A stretch of DNA of 60,123 nt, from IMG/VR virus record IMGVR_UViG_3300025853_000086, positions 1 to 60,123 of that record, one strand, 5' to 3'. Both the position numbers and the translations under genes were made by a program. Below, in pieces: positions 48,747 through 58,291 of this stretch. A model generated the notes under the pieces. It did no database searches, had not been told where the DNA came from, and saw nothing but the letters and a program-made list of their open reading frames with translations. The stretch comes from a virus. Lineage: Duplodnaviria; Caudoviricetes. The first letter of the stretch is position 1; every line of letters begins with the position of its first letter.

Positions 48747-48853
48747 AAAGAAACACCTCTTGCACAAGGATTCGCTTTACAGAAAGTGCAACATCAGGGG
48801 GCATAGACCTGTCTGCAAAGCTATTGTGATGCCCTACTAGTCAAACTATACGC

Positions 48854-48884
48854 AAAAAAAGAGGGGGACACAAGTGCCCCCCTC
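48854..48884 (-). terminator. Intrinsic terminator after the major capsid gene
   Basis: GAGGGGG...CCCCCTC stem plus T7. Confidence 0.88.
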
Positions 48885-48890
48885 AGTTTT

Positions 48891-48912
48891 TATCGTTTCA
48901 CGTGAAACGATA
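48891..48912. promoter_or_regulatory. parS-like perfect palindrome
   Basis: TATCGTTTCACGTGAAACGATA; core matches the parS consensus tGTTTCACGTGAAACa. Confidence 0.72.
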
Positions 48913-49821
48913 TTAAGCTCCAGGAGAGCCAAATACGCAACGTGGGTCCGAGACACCAAAGCTGTAACGCTCACGAGCTTTGTAGCGCACGTTGCCAGTC
49001 TCAAAATCACCTTCCATAGAAGTTTTGATCGCAGAGCGGACAAAATGCTTAAAGCCGTTCGGTGCATCCGTTTTGATGAAGAATGCGTCTGGATCGGTTA
49101 GGAAGTGGTTGACCACATAACCGTCAGGCAACATACCCATGTTACGGATTGCGTTGATGTCGTTATCAGCAGTGCTTGGACGCAAGTTACTAGCCATCAA
49201 GCGCTCAGCAACGAATTGCAGCGCAGGAGGGATAATTAGCTTACGGCCTTGCAGTGCAATCTTCAGGCCACGCTCGTCGATGAACGCCGAGATATCAATC
49301 AACGACTGTTCAAGTGACGTTTCGTTAAGGTCTGCCGCAGTTGCAAGCTCGTTTGCAAAGTTACCACCACCTACAGTTGGGTGAGCAGTAGAGCAGAGCT
49401 CTACACCGTCGCCGATCGTGTAGTTGCTATCGAACGCATTGTTCAGGATAGCCGCTGCTTTGACTTGCTTAGTGTTAGCCATACTACGAGCCAAAGCGCG
49501 TGTGTAGCGAGAGCTGAGGCGGTCGTAGAGGTTATCCTCAACGGCTTCTTCAGTGATCGCAAACGCAAGCGCGATTGTTTCGTGAGTATAGCGAGCAGTA
49601 AACGCTTCGTTAGCTGTGTCGTAAGATACAGCTGCGCCTTCACCCTTAACAGGTGCTTGGCCGAAGCCTGCTAACATGACTTCTTCTTCAAACGCTCGGT
49701 CTGAAGATTCTGTCTCGAAGATTTCGGCATGCTCATTGTCATACCTATCGTACTCCAGACCGAACAAGGCATTCAATCCTGGCTCAAGTTCTTTTAGGAG
49801 TTGGGAACGAGTAATCGCCAT
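48913..49821 (-). CDS. Major capsid protein
   Basis: MAITRSQLLKELEPGLNALFGLEY...RYKARERYSFG; position after the scaffold gene. Confidence 0.92.
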   Translation of the reverse strand: MAITRSQLLKELEPGLNALFGLEYDRYDNEHAEIFETESSDRAFEEEVMLAGFGQAPVKGEGAAVSYDTANEAFTARYTHETIALAFAITEEAVEDNLYDRLSSRYTRALARSMANTKQVKAAAILNNAFDSNYTIGDGVELCSTAHPTVGGGNFANELATAADLNETSLEQSLIDISAFIDERGLKIALQGRKLIIPPALQFVAERLMASNLRPSTADNDINAIRNMGMLPDGYVVNHFLTDPDAFFIKTDAPNGFKHFVRSAIKTSMEGDFETGNVRYKARERYSFGVSDPRCVFGSPGA

Positions 49822-49833
49822 TTCCTATTCTCC

Positions 49834-50451
49834 TTATACACCTGCGCCAGTGCCATTAGCACCGTAGCGGTAGAAGTGATTGTTGAGTTGAACAATTGCC
49901 AAACGACCTGCGGCAGTTGCATCGTCACTGTTTGGCTGATCAGCAAAACCGACAATACGCATGTTTAAGGTGTTGGTAGTGTTCACCGTTGAGACAGCCA
50001 GTTCACCACTAGACATACCAGTAGTAGCATTACCACTAGTCGCCGAGGCAAAATCAGCATTTGCATGGACAGTTAAGTCCGCTGCGGCAGCATCACAATT
50101 GATCAAGAATAACTGATCAGGGTGTGCTGCGATAAGTGCAGTTGCAGCCGTACCAGACTTGACAGCAGCAGTTCCAGGCCACTTATTAGTGAACGTAGGA
50201 GTGCCATTTAAGTCAGTGTACTGACAACCAATAAACGCGCCCAGTATAGGTACAGTTCCGCCATCGGCGGCACCTACGATGTCAATCATACCGTTTGCTA
50301 AGGGGATAACGGGGGTGCCTTCGTAAATTACACTGGAGGTACCCGCTGTCGCCGTAGTTTGGATATCGAAGGACATAACACCGTTGGTGTTTGCACCTGC
50401 ACCGAGCATTTTATAAGGCCGAAGGCCAAATGCGGCATCTATATTAGCCAT
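49834..50451 (-). CDS. Capsid-associated protein
   Basis: MAN.DAAFGLRP N-terminus; directly precedes the major capsid gene. Confidence 0.7.
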   Translation of the reverse strand: MANIDAAFGLRPYKMLGAGANTNGVMSFDIQTTATAGTSSVIYEGTPVIPLANGMIDIVGAADGGTVPILGAFIGCQYTDLNGTPTFTNKWPGTAAVKSGTAATALIAAHPDQLFLINCDAAAADLTVHANADFASATSGNATTGMSSGELAVSTVNTTNTLNMRIVGFADQPNSDDATAAGRLAIVQLNNHFYRYGANGTGAGV

Positions 50452-50466
50452 TGCTCAGATCCTATT

Positions 50467-50928
50467 TTAATCGGAGGAACCTTTGTTCCCACCGAAAGTT
50501 ACACGAGACTGCCTTTCAGGTTTAATGATAGGCATAGACGGATGTTGCTCCCGCATGAGATCATTGTCCACGGCGGTCATTTGATCTCTCGTCTGTTGAC
50601 GGAAATGATCATTGCGCTGTTTACGTGTCTCTATTGGGAATCTACCAAGTACCAGTCCTCCAACACCAATAACACCTGCGTGTTTACCATCTTGGACGGT
50701 TGGTGCTTCGAAATCTGGATACTCATCGGCGCGAACTAGCTCAAAACCTTCGCGGAGGCGAGCGGACAGGTTCTTTTTATCGTCATAACCCATGATTGAC
50801 TCACGAATCCAACGATGAACAAAACCTTCCGGAGCGGGTGGTGCGTCCAGTGTTGACGGTGGCCTCCAAGGCTTTGCTCTGGAGGATTTTTCCCTAGTTT
50901 GGGATGTGCGTGGGCTTCTTTCGGTCAT
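50467..50928 (-). CDS. Conserved head-module protein
   Basis: WRPPSTLDAPPAPEG..HRWIR motif. Confidence 0.78.
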   Translation of the reverse strand: MTERSPRTSQTREKSSRAKPWRPPSTLDAPPAPEGFVHRWIRESIMGYDDKKNLSARLREGFELVRADEYPDFEAPTVQDGKHAGVIGVGGLVLGRFPIETRKQRNDHFRQQTRDQMTAVDNDLMREQHPSMPIIKPERQSRVTFGGNKGSSD

Positions 50929-50938
50929 TTAACCTTCC

Positions 50939-51853
50939 TCACGAATTCTGCATGCGGAGCAGTTGCTTCGCGTACTGTTGTTCAGTTATACCAAGTTTTT
51001 TTGAAATTGCAACTTGAGACGGAGATAGTTTGATTTCCCTACGACCATTACCATTCCCACCCCCTCGGCTCGCAGAGGCCACTTTTGGTCCTCCGGTTGC
51101 TTTAGGTTTAGCTGTTTGGAACTTATGTGGAAACTCTATGCGTATACGGTTATCTATTTCGGCATAGTAATCGTCGGAAGTAGGATCAAAACCCTCTACT
51201 TCTGTCAATTGCTTATGCAGGTACATAGCCGTTAGGGTCATAGGCTCGTCGCTACCAAACCATTCATTACGGCTTGCCCACTCTTCTGCACGAGGATCGG
51301 GCTTTGCTTTTTGTGGTGGTTGATACGGCTGCTGTTGTGGAACGGGTTGTGCATTGCGTCGCTCTTGCTCTTGCTTTACATAAGCAAGACGCTCTTGCTG
51401 TCCTGCTAAAGTAGCAATGCGTTGTTGCGCTTCGATTTGGGCATCGATGTCACCACGGTCAATCGCTCTTTTAAGTGTTTCTTTTAAAAGCTCGGACTCT
51501 GTCTTGACACGATTTTCAAACTCGTTGACATAAGAGGTATCCAACGACTTAGAGCGGTTGTTAGCCTCTTCCAACTGTTTTTGGACAGCTTGCGCATATT
51601 CCAAAGCAGCTTGCTCACGTCGCTCGGCTTCACGCATCTTGGCTGTTAGTTTGCCAATACGCTTTTGGACACCTTCGGTGTAGTTCTCTAACTCATCGTC
51701 AGATTCTTTTTTGGGTTTTTCGGAAGAGCTTTCTTCAGCGGAGGCTTGGGTAGCTTCTTCTTTAGAATCTTCAGAATCTTCAGAATCTTCTTCCACCGTG
51801 ACAACAATATCTTCTTCATCGTTCTGGTCTTTATTTTGGACTTCTTCAGGCAT
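50939..51853 (-). CDS. Capsid scaffolding protein
   Basis: Acidic N-terminus, coiled coil, C-terminal KLSPSQVAISKKLG. Confidence 0.75.
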   Translation of the reverse strand: MPEEVQNKDQNDEEDIVVTVEEDSEDSEDSKEEATQASAEESSSEKPKKESDDELENYTEGVQKRIGKLTAKMREAERREQAALEYAQAVQKQLEEANNRSKSLDTSYVNEFENRVKTESELLKETLKRAIDRGDIDAQIEAQQRIATLAGQQERLAYVKQEQERRNAQPVPQQQPYQPPQKAKPDPRAEEWASRNEWFGSDEPMTLTAMYLHKQLTEVEGFDPTSDDYYAEIDNRIRIEFPHKFQTAKPKATGGPKVASASRGGGNGNGRREIKLSPSQVAISKKLGITEQQYAKQLLRMQNS

Positions 51854-51867
51854 GGTAGAGCTCCATG

Positions 51868-52353
51868 TTACAGATGCATTATGTCATCTGGGCTATTGAT
51901 ACTAGCGAGGACTTCGTCATCGTTGAGGAGGCGAACTTCTCCACCTTCTATTTTAAAACGGCTACCCGCATAACGACCAAAAATAATCCAGTCACCCTTT
52001 TTACACCAAGGTTCGGCTTGGTCACCAAATTTAACGGAATCCTTATATGCCAAAGGCCCAACTTTTAAGACATAACCACAAACAGTAGCTACGCGCTCTT
52101 TTTCTTGGGTTTCGGATGTGAGGATAATACCTCCGTCGGACTTCTTTTTACCTTGGTAAGGTAAAATGAGTATGCGCCAACCAGTAGGCGTGGGTAACCG
52201 ATCCAATGCCTTTTCTGGTATTTTGCTAGGGTCTAACACAACTTTATCCGCGTCTACATAAGCCTCGGACAATAAGCCGTTGTCAACGTGTTTTGGGGGA
52301 GGAGGAGTTTTTTGTTCGCGAGCTATATGTGATGGCACGAGTATTTCACTCAT
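51868..52353 (-). CDS. groES: Co-chaperonin GroES-like protein
   Basis: PTGWRILI, GGIIL, VLKVGP, GD.IIFGRYAG and LLNDDEVLA motifs. Confidence 0.9.
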   Translation of the reverse strand: MSEILVPSHIAREQKTPPPPKHVDNGLLSEAYVDADKVVLDPSKIPEKALDRLPTPTGWRILILPYQGKKKSDGGIILTSETQEKERVATVCGYVLKVGPLAYKDSVKFGDQAEPWCKKGDWIIFGRYAGSRFKIEGGEVRLLNDDEVLASINSPDDIMHL

Positions 52354-52543
52354 CGTAATCTGATACCTCTTTTAGCAGGTCTTTTAGATCCTGTTCAGTT
52401 GTGGCAAGTTCCCCAAGACGACCTCGGAGTTCCTTGAAGGCAACAAAATCTGGAACAACACCATAACAAATGGTTTCTTGAATCATCTCTTGTCGTTGGC
52501 GCACATTCTTCAACATTTTTTCATAAATGTAAAGGTCGGACAT
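52346..52543 (-). CDS. Hypothetical protein
   Basis: Start trimmed to MSDLY; coupled to neighbours. Confidence 0.7.
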   Translation of the reverse strand: MSDLYIYEKMLKNVRQRQEMIQETICYGVVPDFVAFKELRGRLGELATTEQDLKDLLKEVSDYDE

Positions 52544-52965
52544 TACACATATTCTCCGATGCGGATCATGGTTGAAACTTCGGTTGCGCGGGAGCCTACT
52601 TGAGCTGCCCAACGGGAATCTAAAAGTTCATCAGCGGCGGTATTCCAATCACAGCTTTCCATAGCAGCCAGCGCGTTTTTAAACTGTTTTAAACGGGGCA
52701 TTCCTAAATTGAACACTAGGTTTATCATGGCGTCGCGGCGGACTTCGTCTAATTGCTTAAACCAATCAAAAGAAGCACCCAGTTCTTTGATGCACCTGTC
52801 TATATCGTTGCTGAGCAGGTAGTCTACTTCGTCGTCGGAGAGACCTAACCCACCATCTTGGTCTATGTTGCGCCCAACACCGATAGTCAAATACCCTGCC
52901 GAACATTTGTAGGCGTGTGAACGTACTCCCTCGTGGCGACGAAGAATCTCTACTACTTTATCCAT
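52543..52965 (-). CDS. Endolysin, T4-like lysozyme (GH24)
   Basis: HEG.R..AYKC..G.LTIGVGRN, FNLG and SRWA.QV..RA motifs. Confidence 0.92.
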   Translation of the reverse strand: MDKVVEILRRHEGVRSHAYKCSAGYLTIGVGRNIDQDGGLGLSDDEVDYLLSNDIDRCIKELGASFDWFKQLDEVRRDAMINLVFNLGMPRLKQFKNALAAMESCDWNTAADELLDSRWAAQVGSRATEVSTMIRIGEYV

Positions 52966-52970
52966 AATTA

Positions 52971-53447
52971 TTACCTGTTAAGTAAGCCAGCTATACCTAC
53001 ATACGGGTTTTGATAAGCAGGCATTGGTCCCATAGGAGCTTGCGTGAAATACTGCTCGCCCATGTTCCCATAGTTCATTCCGGGAGGTCCTAGCGTTACA
53101 CTAGATGGGGCAGGGGTAGCCGGTTGTTGTGCGGCAGCGGGAGTTTGGTTGTAAGCAGGGTTGTTACCCAAAAAAGAAGCGAGGTCTACATTCTGCACCG
53201 GTGCGGCCCTAAATCTTTCTTGGTCTAGCCCTCTAACGGAGGGAGTGTCTATGTTAGTGGGGTTGCCACCACGCATAGCATTGATCTGGCCGTCGGTCAG
53301 GTAAGCAGGCTCGTAGTTCTCAAAGTTAGGAACAGTGGTTTGCGCAACGGGGGCAGCAGTCTGGGCGGTCATTTGTGGTACCGCATTAGCATAATAAGGG
53401 TTGTTACCCAAAAAAGCAGCGAGGTCTATGTTTTGGTTAGGCATCAC
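52971..53447 (-). CDS. Pro/Gln-rich hypothetical protein with an internal repeat
   Basis: N.DLA.FLGNNP.Y occurs twice. Confidence 0.7.
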   Translation of the reverse strand: MMPNQNIDLAAFLGNNPYYANAVPQMTAQTAAPVAQTTVPNFENYEPAYLTDGQINAMRGGNPTNIDTPSVRGLDQERFRAAPVQNVDLASFLGNNPAYNQTPAAAQQPATPAPSSVTLGPPGMNYGNMGEQYFTQAPMGPMPAYQNPYVGIAGLLNR

Positions 53448-53932
53448 TCTTCCTCTTTTTTACTGGTACTCGCACTGGCTCCAAAATAAAAAGAAATAAT
53501 GGCGCTCACCAAACCACCCATATAACCTAAAACGAGGTTGATTAACTCCATGGAGTTTTGCTCTGGCGGCATGATAGTAATCATGGCGATATAACTACAG
53601 AAAAAGCCCACCATGACTATACCAATAAGCCTAGCTGTCCAGTCGGTTGCAAAATGCGTTCGGGCGTCTTGCTTATCTTTGGTTTCTAACTCAAAAATGT
53701 CGACTTCCATCTCTTTCATTTTGGCTTCGAACTTGAGCTCGGCCTCACGAATACGGACTAACTCTTCGGGTCCTGCCTCGCGCATCGCTTTGTCTATGGC
53801 TTTTGGCTCAGGCGCACAGCCTAAAACTTCAGCAATAACTTTACTGGCTACCCCGCCGATAGGTCCCCCCATCGCAGCACCCAACGAAGGCGCTACCGCC
53901 CCAATTAGTCCCTTCAGCTTGCCTAAGTTCAT
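53444..53932 (-). CDS. Putative holin
   Basis: Two C-terminal TM helices ending FYFGAS; near the lysozyme. Confidence 0.65.
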   Translation of the reverse strand: MNLGKLKGLIGAVAPSLGAAMGGPIGGVASKVIAEVLGCAPEPKAIDKAMREAGPEELVRIREAELKFEAKMKEMEVDIFELETKDKQDARTHFATDWTARLIGIVMVGFFCSYIAMITIMPPEQNSMELINLVLGYMGGLVSAIISFYFGASASTSKKEEE

Positions 53933-53951
53933 TTTTTGTGCCCCTGTAACT

Positions 53952-54077
53952 CTAAGTCAACAACAGTCCAACAAAGACTAAAGTGAGGAATACCGTCCAA
54001 AAACCAATCTGCACCGTAGTCGCAAATTGAATCTTACTCCACACCTTGGTGCCTATCTTGTCTAATAACTTGGTCAC
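53952..54077 (-). CDS. Small membrane protein (41 aa, not in the ORF track)
   Basis: GTG start with SD AGGAG; MTKLLDKIG...FWTVFLTLVFVGLLLT. Confidence 0.6.
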   Translation of the reverse strand: MTKLLDKIGTKVWSKIQFATTVQIGFWTVFLTLVFVGLLLT

Positions 54078-54080
54078 GGA

Positions 54081-54230
54081 TTAACTCCTAGTTGTTTTAC
54101 GCTTAGTGCGTGTTTTACCTGCTTTGCTCAACGCAATAGCGATGGCTTGATTCTGTGGTTTACCCGCTTGCATCTCAGTAGATATATTTCTACTAATGGT
54201 GCTTTTAGAAGAACCTTTTTTCAAAGCCAC
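54081..54230 (-). CDS. Small basic protein (49 aa, not in the ORF track)
   Basis: MALKKGSSKSTISRNI...GKPQNQAIAIALSKAG, a common phage motif. Confidence 0.75.
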   Translation of the reverse strand: MALKKGSSKSTISRNISTEMQAGKPQNQAIAIALSKAGKTRTKRKTTRS

Positions 54231-54232
54231 GG

Positions 54233-54433
54233 TTAGAACACTCCTGCAAACTTAGTACCACGCAAAGCTGCTCCTCCACCACGGCAAACTTTACTGTTAG
54301 TAGCTTGGTCGCTTGTGGCATCTAGAGTAGCATTGTTAGTGACAGCGGTGCCGCCGTCAGCCATTTTCTTACGCTTTTCTGGTTTAGAAAACGTGATCTC
54401 AATTTCCATGCCTTTCATCTTATCGTCTTTCAT
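54233..54433 (-). CDS. Small hypothetical protein
   Basis: Ends RGGGAALRGTKFAGVF; start trimmed to MKDDK. Confidence 0.7.
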   Translation of the reverse strand: MKDDKMKGMEIEITFSKPEKRKKMADGGTAVTNNATLDATSDQATNSKVCRGGGAALRGTKFAGVF

Positions 54434-56828
54434 TTCTGCCTCCAAAGGTTGGCGGGTTGGCTTGCCGTTGTGCAGACTGCTGCATGCGCATGGCTGCAAT
54501 GTCCTCGCTGGATTGTATACGCTCTCTGCCCAACGCGATGTTCTGGGCTTGGCGTTGTTGGTCTAAACGCAACTTTTCTTGATCGATTTGTTGGTCTGCT
54601 GCTTGGTCTTGCGCACGGAGTTCCAACTCCTGCTTCTTGATTGCCACCAACGGATCTTCGTCACCTTGTTGCGATGCCGGATTCTGCTGCTGGAACTGGG
54701 CGATCAACTGCGCTTGTATTTGGGCAACCATATCCTCATGCTGCTCGGGTGGCAACTGTTGTGCTTGCGGATTTTGCTGCATCTGTTGGTCGTGTATCAC
54801 GCGGGCCTGCAAACCAAGATGCTCGTAGATGTGCTTTTCCAAAGTCATTAGGACCGGCGGCTGCATCTGCGCCACGCGGGAGTTCATGTACGCCAAGTGT
54901 ACCGCAATATGCGCTTGGTGATCCTGCTCCGGGAATGCCTGCAACTTACCCTGCCCACCGGCAGCGGCACTTGCCTCTTGGTTCTCGGTGGCGGGGTCTT
55001 TAGGCTGCGGCTGCGGCTCGGGCTTGAGTATTTGGTCCACGTTCTGCACACCTAGGGCAGTGTAAACACGGCTGTAGGCCTCGCGTAAGTTGTGGAGTTC
55101 GGGTGCTGCTTGCGCCAATTTCAACTGCTCTTGGGCTAAAACCACTCGTTGCGACATGCTAAAGATGTTGGGATCGCTGACGGGAATGATATCCACCCTT
55201 GCGTCAAAATCTTCCGTCTTGATCATCGCTTCCACCCCTACCTCGTAAGGGTAAGGTTGGGGGTCTTGGGCAAATAACGCCGCAAGCATTTTTAACTCTT
55301 GCTTGAGGCTGCTATGTAGGCGCTTGTGTACGGCGCTGACTATCCGTGCCCCACGTTCTAGCAAAGCAATGGTTGTGCCAACGGGCATCTCTTGGTTGCC
55401 TTGGCCTACGCCCATGTCGGTAGTGCCTATAAACCGTTGGGCGGCCTCGACCACAAAACCCATCAACTGGAAAAGCGTCGCACTTGGCTCTTTGTACGGC
55501 AGCGGGATTATGCTGGCGCGTAAATCGCCTCCGGGAACGTCCACATCCCTAAACTCTCCTGGCTGGAGGGGATTATCGTCGTCGGCGATGCGCAAACCAC
55601 GCGCCTTGAACCCGCTAGGCATATTAGCCAAGGTACCGGCGTCTACTAACTGGCGCAGGGTACTGGTAGCCGTGCGTGATAAATTGCCCAACAAGTGAAT
55701 TAAGCCATAACCGTAAAACCCGAGTCCTGGAGTGAACTTGTAGTGGACAAAGTGCCGTATTTTATCCTTGCGGGGGTCTTCCATAAGGTAATTACGGCGT
55801 ATGCTGACTACGTCGCCTGAATCTTTGCACACAGTAACAATATACGGCAGTTTAATGCCAGATTCCTCGCCATCTGGGAGGAGGTCTGGGTACTCTGGAA
55901 TGTCCAAGTAGCAATGGCATTCGTAAAAAGTGAGTTGGGTGTCGGCACTGGCAGGGCTAACGCCGTCTATTTTGTCGTATTCTTCTTGGATTTGGTCTGC
56001 AGAATCACTGCCAGCAGTCACTTGTATGTCTAAATAGGTTCCGGCTACCTGCATTTTGCGGAATTCGTTCTCGGTTAGCTTAAAAACGTGTGTTACGCGG
56101 TCGGCTGATTGAAGATCGGTAGCAGTGTAGGGGACTATTACGTCCTCGGCGGGGATAAAGCGGCTTACGGGGCGACCTAAATTGTCATCCATGTAGACTT
56201 TTTTAAATGCACTGCCCGCCAAACCAACAAAGTAGAGCATTTGGTCGAATTCTGGCTCGAATTCTTCCATTTGGTACATCAGTTGGTAGTTCATGTAGTC
56301 TTGGACGCGTTGGGCTTGCTGCTCGGTAGCTGCGGAGGGCACACCAACAATGTTGGCTTTGACTGGCCCAGTAGCGGGGATCATCTCTTTGTACGCGCCG
56401 GACTGGAATTGCTGGACGGCCTCGTTCAAAACGGGGTGGGTTACGCCGGTGGCACCCATAAAGGGCTCGGTGCGGTTCTCGTAACGTAGGCCAAGCAGTT
56501 TGAGGCCTTTGGTGTAGGCTTGTTCCCAGTCTTGGCGGCTGGCGATATCGTCCTCGGCTGAGCCGGTGACATAAGCCGCCACGGCGACCAACGTATCGTC
56601 GGAAACTAACTCCGCTAAATTACCGTAAAAGTCGTCTGGCTCTTGGCCGAACATCTCTTCTTCGGGGCCAAACTCCACTAACGCGCCGCCTTGGTCATCG
56701 TCTTGGACGGTAACATTAAGGAAAGCGTCTTCTTGGTCCATGAGCTCTTGCTCGCCAATGCTCAGGGCATCGTTAGGAGCTTGTAGCAAAGCGCGGTCTA
56801 CGTTACTAGGGCGGACAGGGGTAACCAT
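54420..56828 (-). CDS. Portal protein
   Basis: 802 aa directly after TerL; GSAFKKVY, PGLGFYGYG and LRQLVDAGTL motifs. Confidence 0.88.
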   Translation of the reverse strand: MVTPVRPSNVDRALLQAPNDALSIGEQELMDQEDAFLNVTVQDDDQGGALVEFGPEEEMFGQEPDDFYGNLAELVSDDTLVAVAAYVTGSAEDDIASRQDWEQAYTKGLKLLGLRYENRTEPFMGATGVTHPVLNEAVQQFQSGAYKEMIPATGPVKANIVGVPSAATEQQAQRVQDYMNYQLMYQMEEFEPEFDQMLYFVGLAGSAFKKVYMDDNLGRPVSRFIPAEDVIVPYTATDLQSADRVTHVFKLTENEFRKMQVAGTYLDIQVTAGSDSADQIQEEYDKIDGVSPASADTQLTFYECHCYLDIPEYPDLLPDGEESGIKLPYIVTVCKDSGDVVSIRRNYLMEDPRKDKIRHFVHYKFTPGLGFYGYGLIHLLGNLSRTATSTLRQLVDAGTLANMPSGFKARGLRIADDDNPLQPGEFRDVDVPGGDLRASIIPLPYKEPSATLFQLMGFVVEAAQRFIGTTDMGVGQGNQEMPVGTTIALLERGARIVSAVHKRLHSSLKQELKMLAALFAQDPQPYPYEVGVEAMIKTEDFDARVDIIPVSDPNIFSMSQRVVLAQEQLKLAQAAPELHNLREAYSRVYTALGVQNVDQILKPEPQPQPKDPATENQEASAAAGGQGKLQAFPEQDHQAHIAVHLAYMNSRVAQMQPPVLMTLEKHIYEHLGLQARVIHDQQMQQNPQAQQLPPEQHEDMVAQIQAQLIAQFQQQNPASQQGDEDPLVAIKKQELELRAQDQAADQQIDQEKLRLDQQRQAQNIALGRERIQSSEDIAAMRMQQSAQRQANPPTFGGRNERR

Positions 56829-58291
56829 TAGTAGTAAATCCTTTGTCGTGGGACGGCAGGTTCGTCTTGGTAATCTTCTGGGTGACGTACAAAACCACCC
56901 TCCCTAAAACGGCGCAAGGCTTGGGTGACGGTATCCACGTAATCGTCGTGCTCCCCTGCGGGGAAAGCAGCACACTCGTCGATGACTTCTTCAGCCCATC
57001 GGCTGTCAGGTGCCCATACTAAACCACTTTCGAACAAGGGGGCAATGCTATTGACTCGCGTGTACTTATCGTTACCACGGCTAGGGCTGTAATTGCTCAC
57101 TGGTATACCCATTTGGCGCAACTCTTGGGTTAAAGGCATACCTGACGCCTTGGCCTCGATTAGTACACACTCGGGGTCCCAATACTTGTACTCCTCCATT
57201 GCAATGCGCCGCAACTCCGGGAAGTCCCACCTGCCACGTTTGGCATCCATTAGGATAATGTTGGGCGGGTCGCCATCTTGGGGGAAGAACACTCCCCATG
57301 TAGTAATAGCGGAGTAGTCGGCGGTGGTCTGCTTGCTAAAAGCGGTATCGTAACTTTGCAAAATGTAGCTCACGGCGGGCGGCTCTTCGGGCTTCCACGT
57401 TTGCCACCACTCTCGCTTAAGGATAGCAGAAACATCACTGGTAGGGTTTTGCTGCCACTGCGCTTGCCACTTACCAACCGACAAGCTACCTCGGACGGCG
57501 AGCAGGTCTTTCTTTTCCCAAAACTCAGGCCAGAGCGGCTCGTCCGTTTCGGGCATTAGAGCGGGGAACTCCACAATCTCCCACTTGTCGGCTAAGACAT
57601 CCCGCGCCTGTTGGCGCAACAACTTACCGGTTAAATCGTTTTCGGCCCAGCGGGTCATGACGATTACAATCGCCCCTCCTGGTTGCAAGCGTTGGCGCGG
57701 ACCACTGGTGTACCACTCGTACGCATGCTCTAAAGCCGTGGGGGAAAGGGCATCTTGCTCGGAATGCGGGTCATCGATGATCAACAAATCCGCTCCGCGC
57801 CCCGTAACCGCACCACCCACACCCGCCGCAAAATACTCACCGCCCTTACTAGTCTCCCACCGACCGGCTGCTTGGCTGTCGGCGCGTAGCTCCACGGCCT
57901 CAAACACAGCCTTGTACTCTTGAGAGTTCATTAAGTTACGCACCTTACGTCCAAACCTAAACGCCAGCTCGGCGGTGTGGGTAGTCTGCATAATCTTTAA
58001 GGTAGGCTTGCGGCCCATCAACCACGCGGGTAACAAGTAACTGCTAAACTCACTCTTGGTATGGCGCGGGGGCATATTAACAATAAGTCGCTTTAAAGAT
58101 CCGTCGGCTATACGGTCAAACTTCTCCGCCATAATCCGATGGTGCCTACCGTTAATAAACTCCGGCCAAACGGTTTTGGTAAAATCCATAAAATGGCTGC
58201 GGGCCGCTTCGGCTTGTTCTAAGCGCTTGGCTCGCTGGACTAACTTAGCGTACTTGCGTAACGATTCTTCCGGCAAAGAAGGCAAGGTCAT
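56828..58291 (-). CDS. terL: Terminase large subunit
   Basis: NMPPRHTKS, TGRGADLLIIDDP, SYDTA and HDDYVD motifs. Confidence 0.95.
   Translation of the reverse strand: MTLPSLPEESLRKYAKLVQRAKRLEQAEAARSHFMDFTKTVWPEFINGRHHRIMAEKFDRIADGSLKRLIVNMPPRHTKSEFSSYLLPAWLMGRKPTLKIMQTTHTAELAFRFGRKVRNLMNSQEYKAVFEAVELRADSQAAGRWETSKGGEYFAAGVGGAVTGRGADLLIIDDPHSEQDALSPTALEHAYEWYTSGPRQRLQPGGAIVIVMTRWAENDLTGKLLRQQARDVLADKWEIVEFPALMPETDEPLWPEFWEKKDLLAVRGSLSVGKWQAQWQQNPTSDVSAILKREWWQTWKPEEPPAVSYILQSYDTAFSKQTTADYSAITTWGVFFPQDGDPPNIILMDAKRGRWDFPELRRIAMEEYKYWDPECVLIEAKASGMPLTQELRQMGIPVSNYSPSRGNDKYTRVNSIAPLFESGLVWAPDSRWAEEVIDECAAFPAGEHDDYVDTVTQALRRFREGGFVRHPEDYQDEPAVPRQRIYY

Noticed and set aside
51868-52353. GroES without GroEL as a novelty
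   Set aside because: Stand-alone co-chaperonins are well known in phage head modules.
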